Origin: Anthoceros angustus
Lineage: Eukaryota; Plantae; Anthocerotophyta
Reading direction: 5' to 3'
DNA: 64,000 nucleotides
Assembly: GCA_010909165.1 (NCBI GenBank)
Contig: VJWM01000239.1
Span: 197,901 to 261,900, forward strand
Under the pieces are notes generated by a model, which saw only the letters and a program-made list of their open reading frames with translations, was not told where the DNA came from and did no database searches. The first letter of the stretch is position 1. Each line of letters begins with the position of its first letter. This document shows positions 38,166-50,112 of this stretch, piece by piece. The position numbers were made by a program, and so were the translations under genes.

Positions 38166-39647
38166 ATGGCTGCGCTTCGACGTTTTGTTGCATCTCAGCC
38201 ATGGCGGATGGTGCGTGTCGATGGCGCTCCCGTTGCTGCCATGCTCTCGCACACGTGCAGGGCATTGAGTGAGAGCGGCACCGAATTATTGAGTTGGTAA
38301 GCATCGCAAACGCAGCGTCCGGTTTACAGATCTGGTGCGCAGCGCAGGGGAAGCGTAACACTGCGGCTAGGTTTTGACCCGTCACTTCGCTTTGCAGTGG
38401 GAATCGAGGGATGAATAGTAGCTCCAGAGAGGGATCCGACAAGGCTGCTACAGATGCGCAAAGGGAGGACATACTGGAGACGGGGAAGAGGGCAAATCAG
38501 GATAGGGTTAAAGAATCTCCTGCGCCCAGTAAGCAGAAGTGGTGGAAACCAGATCCGGTAACTGGAGTGTGGGTTCCTGAAGACACACACGAGCCTATCG
38601 ATACAGCACAGGTTAGTCCCACTGTTGTTTCTCTTCGATGTTTTACCATTCCGTGCTGGATGTAGACGTTTGCTCGGCCGTCCTTGCTCGTCGTGCTTGC
38701 AATCTTTTGTTTAAACCTACCAACCAGGAGTTTTGCAGGATTCTTAACCTGGATTGCCCTTGCTCTTTAACTATCGTCACCTTGCTGGCAGAGGTCCTAT
38801 GAACCTAGAGCAGCATGATGAGTCTTCTGACCAAGTCTTGATCTGTGCACTAGGAAGCGTCTATCATGAAGCAAATTTTGATGTAATTTGCTCACAGCCA
38901 TTGAAAAGAAGACAGTGAAAAGCATGCTTAAGGTTACTACATCTTTGTATCTTGTTTGACTCATAATTGGTGTCCTTTTGCTCAGATGCTGGACAGTGTT
39001 AGGTCTAGAGCATGGCTAGGTACTATGGATAAGCATAGCTAAGCATAGCTGATTGCCATTTTAAACTGCTGTGACATTTCACTTATTCTTATTGAAGTAC
39101 TCCATTGATTTGGAATCTTGTATGGTGCGAGAAGGATCTGCAACTGAAAAAGATCCAAGAACTGGCACGGAAAGACCTTGAAAGAGCTGACAAGGCAAAG
39201 AAAGATTCCAAGAAGAAGGGTGGCAAAAGGAGGTAGACTTGAAAGAGAGCAGTCGCAGTACCTACCTACCCTCCACCTTGTCAGAACACACGTCACAACG
39301 GTCCTTTGTTTAATCATAACGTCTGTACCGTCAGAATGTAGGCATATTCCAGCGGGGTCCGGTGCAGGCTCCAAAAAAGCTGAGAGCATCTTATCTGTGT
39401 TGTCTGTCCTTTTGGCGCAGGTTACTAATTCCCTGTGAATGTAACCGTGAGGGACTTGGATAAGCGGGATAATTGTCCTAATGTCTGTTTAGGATTGTTG
39501 ATGGTCCTGTGTGTTTTGGATCCTGTGCAGTTGAGGGAGGAGCGCCTAAGGTCTTCAGCAACTACTTCCCTTGAAGAATGTCGATGGTGGACGTCAATGG
39601 AAGAGTTACCAGATAGACTGGACTCGACTATCAAGGAGAAGGAGTGA
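38166..39647 (+). CDS. LEA_3 (SAG21/LEA5-like) protein, likely mitochondrial; exons ~38166-38296, 38398-38611, 39531-39647
   Basis: W-motif KWWKPDPVTGVWVPED, Arg-rich N-terminus and splice phases that keep the frame. Confidence 0.75.
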
Positions 39648-40289
39648 ATCAAGCCAATTAAGCACTTCTAATCCTGGGGACACGACGTGATGAAGGTAGA
39701 TTATTCTTCCGTGAAGACAGTGTTGTGGTTACATGCTGGCGAATAGCTGGCAATTAGAATGAGCCGGAAACTGTTAAAATTCTCACAACAGCTGGAGTGT
39801 TTGAGTCATGGCTTACTGGAGGATGATGCCATCTATGTATCAAGTCTACAACTGATCAGACGGGATGAATTTGTTCCTGCAAGTCTGCAACAGTTGTCCC
39901 CGTAAGCAACAAAGAGTTTCGACGGATCCTCAAGTCAGGTCCTGTGCTCAAAGACCTCGTGATCATCACTCGGGGACAGGAGAATTCGCCTCGCACGTAT
40001 GGATCATATTTGTTCAACAATTAATTATGATCGAAAATGTTAGAATTGAGAGATCTGATTTCAAATTCGCTCTCATCAATCACACAACGAATGGGGTCCT
40101 CCAACAGTCTCTTTTCACCAATAGCCCTCTCTCCTGTTGGGGATTTCTGTAGGATCTGGGAGTCATGTATCATTGCGCGTCAATTGTTCGTTGCGCGTTG
40201 TAATTTGTTCTTGATTTTAATCTCAGGAGCATGGTGTTTACATGGCCAAAGATATTGCCAGCACCATAGAAAGAGCTTGAAGACCTCAG

Positions 40290-40715
40290 CTGAGAAAATC
40301 AGACTGGGAATGTGCAAATTCTCGCTCTCTGACACTCAAGTGCTCTGAGGGATCATCTTAACGTGTAGTTCGGATTTCAAAGGACACGCTTACACGTTGT
40401 TCACTGTCAGTAGACGCTCAAAGACGTCGAACGGTAAGCATATGAGGAACGGTACCAGCACCAGTGGTAGTAAACGAAATCCAGTTGAAAACGATTCGAA
40501 GACCAACCCAAATCAACTCCCGGCGTCCAATTCTCCGGCTCATGGCCATCACGCGGCTTGAATCTGCCTCGGTTTGCAGGACTCCCAAATGATACCAATG
40601 GGTCTAGGTTTTGTTATAGCTTGAGCAGCAGGGGCCACGAGTATGAGGCTTCCACTGTGTTCTTTCATATCAAAAGTTTGGGTTACAGTATATCCGACAT
40701 CAAAAACTGTGACGA
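40290..40715 (-). pseudogene. Degenerate duplicate of the 3' part of the NAL1-like gene (corresponds to ~44980-45430)
   Basis: Translates to [24 protein letters not shown] versus ANRGRLKLRNGHGPENWTSGVDLG. The intron and small exon are also alignable by eye. Confidence 0.8.
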
Positions 40716-40764
40716 AGCCAGTCGGAATCTGCTCACGAGTCAGGATTCACAGATTAGCAGTACG

Positions 40765-43398
40765 ATGTCAGAAGCAATTCGGACAGGCATTCAGCCTCTG
40801 GAAGCAGAAGAATTTCGGAGTCTGGGTCACAAGACGGTAGATTTCCTGGCAGACTACTTCAAAAACGTTGAGAATTACCCGGTCCGGAGCCCTGTGAAGG
40901 TGAGGACTCGCCATGAAAGTTTGAGAAGTTTCTGTTGCTGATGTACGGATCCCGGACGAAGACTGACGGACTGAAATTCAGCCAGGGTACCTGCAACAAC
41001 TTCTGCCGACATCTGCACCCGAGGATGCAGAATCGTTTGACAAAGTTATGGCTGGTTAGGACCGCGCATATCCAACTTCTCAAGGCGTCAGACTCCTCAC
41101 CTCGCCGGCTGGAAGTAGGTGGAATCGATTGGCAGCAGCTGATGACCTGTTTTTCTTGACGCAGATGTGCAAGCCAAGATATTGCCGGGTGTCACACATT
41201 GGCAGAGCCCGAACTTCTTTGCGTTCTTTCCTGCAAACACCAGCACTGCAGGTATTTTGGGCGAATTGCTTTCTGGAGGCCTAAACACCATAGGATTCAA
41301 CTGGATGTCCTGTCCAGCTGCCACTGAGCTGGAAGCAATAGTTCTCAACTGGCTCGGCAAGATCTTACAGCTTCCAGAAGCCTTTCTGTTCCCAGGTAAT
41401 CACGGTTATACCTCAGATTTACAGTTCTGCTAGGGGAAACCATTCATGCTTCCGACTTCTGAGGCATACGTTCATCTGTGTGTGGCAATAATAGGTCGAG
41501 GCGGGGGAGTTATTCAAGGCACGTCCAGTGAGGCGGCACTCGTGACGGTCTTGGCTGCAAGGACCCGGTTCACACAGAAATCTTCTCAGGTCTATGCTTC
41601 TCCTTCCAGAACTCCAGTTCTGGAGAAGCTTGTGGTGTATTCGTCAGACCAAACACATTCAATGGTCTTGAAAGCCAGTCGGGTTAGTCCCGATCCTCAT
41701 GGTCTAAACGTATGTCCATCGTGCGCTGTCTCCCTTATTGTGAGGTCCTAACTTTTAAGTGAACGACTACCTTTCTACAGATCTCAGGCATCCACGCAGA
41801 TAACATCAGAATCCTGCCGACCAGTTTGGATGATAATTATGCACTCTCTCCCGCTGTACTGAGAAGAGCGATTGTGAGGGATATCGAAGCTGGTTTGATC
41901 CCCTTCTATCTCTGTGCAACTGTGAGTATTGAAGCTCAAATCCTCAGACCTGACAACCATTCTTGCATAGCATGCTGCAGGTTGACTGCCCAAATCAACA
42001 TGTTGCTTGATTGTGCAGGTGGGAACCACTTCGTCAGCTGCTATGGACCCCTTGTCTGAGCTTGGCATGCTCGCTCAGGTAAGCTTGCGTTTCCTTCCGT
42101 GAATTCTAAGCCGTTGGTTCTTCAATGAACTTTGAGGTTGCCTGGTTTCCTCGAGGAATGGTGGATTACTGTTGTGATACGTGAGCTGCTTGCAGGAATA
42201 CTCCATGTGGTTCCACGTCGATGCTGCATACGCAGGCTCCGCTTGCATTTGTCCTGAGTACCAGCATTTGCTGGAAGGAGTGGACAAGGCCGACTCCTTC
42301 AGCACGAATGCACATAAGTGGCTTTTGACAACATTTGACTGCTGTTGCCTCTGGGTCCAGGTACCGTTGAGCAACTCTGTCTGGAAAACCAGTAAGTGAA
42401 TGACAGAATCTCAAAATACGCAATGACGAGCTTTGCTGATTTGCAGGATTCGCAGGCACTAGTTGCTGCGCTTTCCACCAATCCGGAGTTCCTCAGAAAC
42501 AAGGTGCGCATTAGAGTACACAGTTCCAACCACACTCATTCTTTCCCCTTCTAGGTCCAACATCAGAGCTGTGCTGCTCCATTGATCACTAGGCATCGGA
42601 AGAAAGTTTGGTGATCGACTACAAAGACTGGCAAATCCCCCTTGGTCGTCGTTTCAGGTGACAAGGCTACTGTCATAGTGCAACTGACATGCCGCGATTT
42701 TCAAATGCACCTGACAGTGCTAAACCACTCGAAGAGTACAGGGCTCTGAAGCTGTGGATGGTGTTACGACTACATGGTGTCTCCAATCTACGCGGCTACA
42801 TCAGGAATCACGTCAAGCTTGCGGAACACTTTGAAAATCTAGTCCGAGGAGACCATCGGTTTCAGGTTATTAGCATGTAGTTTGCACAGGCAGGAAGACG
42901 ACCAACTAAATGGCATCATCTGCTTTGCCACTGATAAGCAACAATCTGTGGCCCGTGCAGATGCTTGCCCCTAGGGCGCTGAGCCTGGTGTGCTTCCGCC
43001 TCAAACCACTCTCTGGAGACACCGACAACGGCTATACTCTCAATTCCGGACTTCTGGAAGCCATCAACAACAAGGGGCGCTGCTTTTTCACGCACACGGT
43101 GTTCCTCCATGCTGCTAGGGTTACAAGTAGTAGTCTTTGTTGGATCCTGCTAGGCTGGGATTTAAGACCACCTTCTGAATCTGCCGTGCACTGACAGGTT
43201 CTCTCTGGAGTTTACACAATTCGAATGGCTGTCGGATCTCCTCTCACCCAGCAAAGGCATGTGGATGCGGCATGGAAGGCGTTGTCGGCGGAGGCTGATT
43301 CTCTGTACGCAGCTAGGGCTCTGTCTGTCACCAGTAGCATCCAGGCGAACACTGCTGCAGAGGAGCTGCAACCAGCATCAGCACTAAGCCCAGTATAG
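40765..43398 (+). CDS. Aromatic L-amino acid decarboxylase family (group II PLP), predicted aromatic acetaldehyde synthase
   Basis: [59 protein letters not shown] (PLP Lys), [10 protein letters not shown] and [14 protein letters not shown]. Confidence 0.93.
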
Positions 43399-43534
43399 GT
43401 TAGGTTCGTTAGAGTTCGGTAGCACAACGATGGTTCACTGAAGCTAGATTGTGCATCTAAGACGATTGATGGTTTGAAACATGGTTAGCGCATGCGCAAT
43501 CAAACTGACCCCCCTGGTACAGTTCACCTGCAGC

Positions 43535-44260
43535 TAGTTGCTTAACAGCATTTTTTTCTTTCCGCGTTCTGGAGCAATTGTGCAAGTTGCACAGGAATCT
43601 GCTGCCATGTGCAAGTTGCGAAGGAAGAGTGACGAGAATCCTTTACCGACCATATTGAGAAGGATTGCTGGAAGAAAAAGGCTGGTGAGCCTCGACGAAG
43701 GATTGCTGGAAGAAAAAAGCTGTGAGCCTTGCTGGAAGAAAAAGGCTGGTGAGCCTCGACGAGATGCAAGTCTTCCTGAATCAAATGTTACAACCACAAA
43801 AGCTAAGTCCCCCACAATCTTAGCTGTTTGTCTTTCATCTGGCCATTCTCAAGTAGAAACTTGGTTTTTAGATTCTGGAGCATTAGTCATATTTGTTTTG
43901 ACAGACACTCATTTAAAACTTTGTAGGAACTTGGTTTTTAGATTCTGGAGCCATTAGTCATATTTGTTTTGACAGACACTCATTTAAAACTTTCTCACCC
44001 ATGGCATCAGTTTGTGCTTTTGGGTGATGACAGTGGGCTTTCCATCAAAGGCTTGGGCTGGGTGGGTGATGACAGTGGGCTTTCCATCAAAGGCTTGGGC
44101 TGGGTGATGACAGTGGGCTTTCCATCAAAAGCTTGGGCTCAGTGATCATACAGTCCCAAATCCATCAAAGGCTTGGGCTCAGTGGTCATACAGTCCCAAA
44201 CGGGGTCTTCACTCTTCTGGTGTTTTTGTGACAACTTAATCATTGACATCAAATTTTTGG
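43535..44260 (+). mobile_element. Ty1/copia gag-pol remnant (protease region) with internal stuttered repeats
   Basis: ETWFLDSGA.SH.....F appears twice, and GDDSGLSIKGLG-like codons appear 3-4 times. Confidence 0.7.
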
Positions 44261-44598
44261 TCAATCTGGTTGCATTGTAACGCATGTTCCATCAAGTCAC
44301 AACCTTTTCGTAAGGTCGTAAGGTCTTGTCAGTTGATGACACAAGAATTGATATCGAGGAGCAAGATATACACTTCCTTGCTCAATCGCTCCTCTGCCTG
44401 GACCAATTCCCCTGCTTGGAGTGCTAATGTGAGATAACAGCTGAAACAGGTTTCTCGGAGCAATTGCTGACCTCTATCTCACAACGCCATACCTTGAGGC
44501 ACCTTCATGAGGCCTAGACCAGTGGACAGGACCTGACCGCTAGTCTAGGGCAAGAAGCTCCAACTCTGCAGATCACCAAAAGGAAAAGATGAGTGACA

Positions 44599-47299
44599 TC
44601 AAGTGCTGGGGCGTCTTCGCTTGGCTTCACGTGCATCAGAGAGGCTCAAGCCTAATGATGCATCCTCCTGTACATTCTTCCTGGGATCGTGTCTCGACCC
44701 CGGATCAGGTTCGCGATGAGAAATACCAGACAGAGATATTCCCATGCCCTCCGGAGCAAGATACTCCGCCTCCCACTCGCGGGAGACCCGCCTTCCCTCA
44801 GCACCACAAGAAGCAAATCCGGGTGTGTCGGCCTGTGATTCACCCTCTCTGCTAGGGTAGGTCATAAATGACCTGGTGGACGTATCAGGTGTTAAGGAAT
44901 GCTCCACCAGAGCCTGGGGAAGTTTCTTGCCTGTTTCCCAGGCCACATGTATTAACAACTTGCCAAAATTGAGAGTGTGGTAAACGAGACTGGGTGTATA
45001 TTCCAACTATCTGTCTAATACTTGGGACTGACCTAGGTACTCCTGAGACTGAGGGACCATCTCTACTTGCAGGTCCGCATCTAAGCACACGCGTACAAAA
45101 ATTGTGAACTGTCAGTAAAAGGAGTAACGTGAGACGGTGAAGAGGCGACAAACACATGGGCAACAGTGTACCAGCACCAGTGATTACGAGATCCAGTTGA
45201 AGAAGATTCAACAGCCGGCCTAGATCAACTCCACTCGTCCAATTCTCCGGCCCGTGGCCATTACGCAGCTTCAATCTGCCCCGGTTTGCAGTGCCCCCCC
45301 ATATGATGCCGATGGGTCTAGGTTTTCGAGATGGCTCAGTAGGTACTACGAGTATGAGGCTTCCACTGTCCCCTTCCAAATCAAAACTTTGCTTGTTCTC
45401 GCCGACGATCAAGAAGTCTGTAAAAAAGCATATCCCGTTCTCGTCGTTGTATTCCACCGCATAAGCCATGATCACGCCCCTCGTCAGACCCGAGCTCCTT
45501 CCCACCTTCAACACGGTCTTCCCTACCACACTATCAACAGAGCCCTGAAGGTCAACGTTCATGACCTCTCCCATTTCCCCAACCCCCTTGATAGTTGTTG
45601 TCACATTACCCAGATCAAACGCTTCCGTAAAAGGAATGAAGGCCCCATCAGCTCGTACGAACGATTCTGTTCCAAACACACAAGACGACATCTGCATCGG
45701 TTAGGTAGTCTTCCACGCACTAAGAAGTCGGTGCCCACAAGAAAGTCAGGCAATGCTGCTGCGCTACGCAAGGAGACATCGGAATCATGGAGGGCAGTGG
45801 TGGTGTGATTGACCTGGATTCATCCCTGCAAAGATGCCATACCACAAGTCATCCGTAACAAATGACGTGGCCCTTTCCACCGCACCCAAGAGCACCCCAG
45901 GCCCAAGCTTGGGAGGTAGCGGATGAAACATTTTCTGGTTAGGATAGTCGAGGTCCACAGCCACGTGCCGGTTTGTCAAAAACCCCAACTGCTTCAGCCC
46001 CGTCTGGCTCCTGACTACAGCCCCTAGCGTTCCATAAGTCTCCTGGCTCGCAACCTGAAGCGAGTTTTAGAAACATCCTCAGAAAGAGCAGCAGCAACAC
46101 TGCTGGAATTTGCTTGTGCAACGGAGATGCTCCAACAGGTACACAGCAATAACTCTTGAAAGACATCCCGAGAAATGAACTGAAGCATGAGCCGAGACTT
46201 GATTCGGAAACGAAGAAGGTCAAGAAAATGAAGGCGAAGGAAGCGAGCAGAGCTACGCATCAGGAAACAGAGGAGTTCGTCCAGGCAAGGCAGCCTGTCA
46301 AGGTTATGGAAAGGAATAATGCATTGAAACAGGCAACCGAGGAGGAGGCGTGAGTCCTGGTTACAAAGACGCGACCTGGCGGGAGAAACATGCACCTGCG
46401 AACCAGATCCAATATAAGGATCGTTCCCTCTCAGACCGTCTACCAGCTCGCCCTGAATAGGCTCCCTGGGAGCTGCAGTGGGAGATGTATAGTGCGAAAA
46501 TTCCAGCACATCCACATCACACCACACGCCTCCGGGCCCCTGGAGGACCACAAGCAGATATGAGTGAACAAGGGCGCAAAACTGAGTCCACAGCCAAACC
46601 GATGAAACAGCTCTCACCTCCAGAACGGTAGGCAGGCGCTGCACCTCGAGCAGCCACTGCACATGGACCTTCCTGGCCACAAAAACCACAATGGCGGGAG
46701 TGGAAGTGAGCACTCCGCCGCGAATCCTGAATCCAAGCGCGGTCCCGAGGCTGTGGCGGCGGAGGGCCTTGCTGTGGAAGGCGCGCACCGTCATGAGCTC
46801 GAGGAGCGTGGTGGCCTGGAGGCCGCGAGGGCGGGGGAAGGAGGTGGCATCCTGCTCGCCGAGCACGTCCTTCTGGAGGCCGTAGAAGTAGGAGGCGCGC
46901 TCCTCAGGGGTGCCATGGTTGCCGCGCCCCGAGGTCGGCCACAACACGTAGGCGGCGCTAGTGTCGGAATGTTGCCCGCCGAGATGCAGATGCAGGGTAG
47001 ATGGCGGTCCCGGATTGCAGGTGCGCCAGCCACGACTTCTTGCTCTTCTTGCCCTGCAGCGCGCCCGCCAGCGACTGCAGCAGCGGCTTGCCCTGCTGCG
47101 AGCCCGAGCCCGATCCCGATCCCGGCGCGGCATTGAGCGACAGCAGCGCGCTGGTGCGCGGAGCCGCGCTCTGGAACGCGTACTTCATTATGTGGCCGAC
47201 CATCTGCAGCGGCAGGGCCGAATGCGCCAACAGATTCCACACGCGCTCCGGGGCCGTCCCGGCGCCATCCAGCCCCGAGTGCGAGAAAGCGCAGGCCAT
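44599..47299 (-). CDS. NAL1: NARROW LEAF1-like trypsin-family serine protease; apparent +1 frameshift near 46981
   Basis: ATTLLELMTVRAFHSK, GPGGVWCDVDV, IGSGSQV, GFLTNRHVAVDL (His), ADGAFIPF (Asp), DLEGDSGS (Ser), GIIWGGTANRGR and C-terminal AKRRR. Confidence 0.88.
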
Positions 47300-47841
47300 G
47301 GCAGGCGCCTCCAACTCCGACTCCGCCTCCCAGCCCGACGCCCCACTTGCTAAAGGCGCCGCGGCAGTGGCAGCGGCAGTGACAGTGGCAGTGGCAGTGG
47401 CGTGACAGTGGCAGAGGCAGAGGCAGTGGCAGAGGCAATGACTCGGGGGAGGAAGGCGTCATCCGCCTTCTCTCGCACGCTCCGTCTTCCTTCGACTCCG
47501 CTGCCACCAGCTGGTGTTGGGTTAAGGCGGACGCACATAGTAATGTCGCTAATGGTGGCCGTTTCCCTTGTAACCCGACCCGGCCCGGGTTTTGAGTACG
47601 ACAAGCATTGATTGCCTACCTACCCGGCCTACCCGGCCCTCCCCGCTGCCTCCTCTTTGCCCTTCCCCTCTCCTGCCCGCTCCCCGTAGAGCTCTCTCCC
47701 CGTCGTTTTCAAGCCCCTCATCTTCCTCCTCTCAACCCAATCCCCGCTGGTTTCAAAACTTGCGGCACCTCCGGCACCGGCTTGGAAGCTTGAGGAGGAG
47801 AAGAAGTAGTTTATTATTGTCTACTAGGATGGAATTTGGTG

Positions 47842-47914
47842 TTTAGGGTTTAGGGTTTAGCTAAGACCACGCGTTATGCGATTGTGGATTGCGGATGGAA
47901 TTTAGGGTTTAGGG
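47842..47914 (+). repeat. Short interstitial plant telomeric repeats (TTTAGGG)2-3, two blocks
   Basis: tttagggtttagggtttag at 47842-47860 and tttagggtttaggg at 47901-47914. Confidence 0.75.
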
Positions 47915-48119
47915 TAAGACCAATGCACAAATGTGGGAGGGGATGCACGCTCAATTATGCCGTGCGAGGGGATGCACACCCTGATATGCCGTGCCATGTG
48001 GCCGGAATGCTAGGCAAATTGTGGAACAACTCAGCTAGGCGAATTGCGGAACAATTGACATGCTCGAAGGAACAATTGACATGCTCGAAAGGCTTTCAAC
48101 ACAGTCTCTAAGACCGCAA

Positions 48120-50010
48120 TTTGTATAGAGCTCAGGGATGTAAGCTAGCACATGGCAAGTCTTATACTTTCGTCCGCTCTTTTTATGGTTCCCCATTTAC
48201 CCTCTACTTTCAGCACAAACCATTTAAGGAAGCGGTTACTGTGCTGGACTTGTCGACCGATAGAAAGCCCCCTAGGGATTCCCTTGGGAGTGCCCTCTTT
48301 GCCGTTGCACACTTCAGGGCCCTGGCCATTACTGTCGGCGCGATCAGAGAGTGTCTCTTTCTGTCGGCGGCGGACTACACTCATATCTTACGACCTGGGG
48401 CAAGGTCAGGGAAGCTTTCACACTCTTCTTCTCGGAGCTCTCCCACTTAGGTTTGAGGGTCAAGATTCTGAAATGCAATGTTACGTCCCCGTCTGGCATT
48501 ACTCCCTTTCTTCAATTTCCTGGGGGGGACATTGTTCCTTCACAGGGACTTCGCATCTTGGGAGTCCCTGTGGCATCTTCGGCCTTTATTTAGGGTTTTA
48601 TGGATAAGGCTTTAAAGGAGGACTTGGCCCACATCAGCGACCTATCTCTATTAAGGGACCCTCAGGTAGCATTTGGCATCCTTCTGTCCTGCCTCGCTAT
48701 CGGCCGGGTTATCTCACCAAGACAGTGGCCCCCTCCCCAGCTTTTTTAGTAAGCTTGCAGAATTTTCATGTACAGATTATGCAAGCACTTGGAGACATTT
48801 TCGGATTCTGTGTGGTTAAGATCGGATCGTCATCGAGCGAACGACTGGACCAGGAGTAGCAAAACAAACGCAAACAACGCAAACAGGACAGGCAAAACGC
48901 AAAAGCGCGAGTGAAGGCCATAACCATAGGTCTATTGGCCATGGAGGCCTCGCCATCGGCGGCCTTCCTCAGGAGGGGCCCTCTCTACCTCCGTCTTCAT
49001 CACTCGTTAATCGCTGATGTTCCCATCTTGGAGGCCTTTGTCTTGGGCGTTGAAGAAGGGGCCTTCCCTTTGCAAGCTTCCCTTAAGTTGGCCAAGGACT
49101 CCCTTTCCTCCGAGGCTAGGGCAACCATGCCTCCCTTTTCCTCGTTTTCCGTGGAAGGGCTACGTGGCCTTCACGCCTCTCTTCAGGAGAAGCAGCACAA
49201 GCGAGCACAGCGGGCAATCCTTCTGGACTCTACTATTCCCCGGCCTGTTCGTACCCGCATGCGCTCTTGCTTGGGGAAGGGAGCAGGCTCCTGTCTTCTG
49301 GCTCAGCCTTGCATCTAGGCATTCCGAATCGTACCAGCTTCTTTTTCTACTGTGATGGGGTTCTGCCTAGTTTTGGTTAAGCCTCTGGCCTGATCAATCC
49401 CAACCTATAGCTGTGGGGCCCTTCTCCATGACTCAAGTCCAACCTGGCTTGCTATCCATTTAGAGAGCAATGTATCGCTACGCATGACGCCATTTGCGGC
49501 ATCATGTTCTCAATGGCCAAGAAGAATGGTTATTTTCCATACAGGAGTGTCCATATACCTTGCACAATGGGGTATCGCTCAAGGTGGATCTATTTCTGAT
49601 CCGGGTGGACCAAATCTTTGTTGTGGATGTCGTCATAACGGACCCTACCCGGAACTCCATTTGTGAGCATGTCATTATCAACCCTCCGGGTTCAGCAGCA
49701 AAGGGATGCGCGATTGCCAAGGTACACAAGTACACACCTTAGGAGGAAGGCCACACCTTCATCCCCTTGCCATTGAGACTCACTAAGCTATGGGCAAGGA
49801 TTTTTCCCAGCTCATTAAGGATTGTGTTGAAGCCTACCATAATCGTCAAATCGGGGTGGGTCTCCCTCTTTCCTCGGTGGTAGCATTTTTTGGACAGCAT
49901 GTATTCATTGCTCTGCATAGGGTGCTAGCCAACGTCATTGCTCTACAGAGGGTGCTAGCCAACGTCATTGTAGTTCTTGAGTGCAGGAGACGTGGCGTCA
50001 TCGGCACCAG
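48120..50010 (+). mobile_element. Degenerate non-LTR retrotransposon with RT and C-terminal restriction-like endonuclease (CRE-like clade)
   Basis: FVRSFYG, DSLGSALF (QGDPLG-like), ADYTHI, GLRILGVPV, RHDAICG, KVDL...VVDVVITDPT, KVHKY and FIPL; many stops and frameshifts. Confidence 0.75.
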
Positions 50011-50112
50011 GTAGGCCTTTCCTCATCTTGGACCACGACATAATCGGGCCGGTAGGAGGCACCAGGGGAACTAACCCCCTTATGGCAAAATCTTCGCCTG
50101 GCTCTTGGCCCT

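Noticed and set aside
38810-38835. Box C/D-like ATGATGA...CTGA in the LEA_3 intron
   Set aside because: The boxes are only a few nucleotides apart, too short for a snoRNA.
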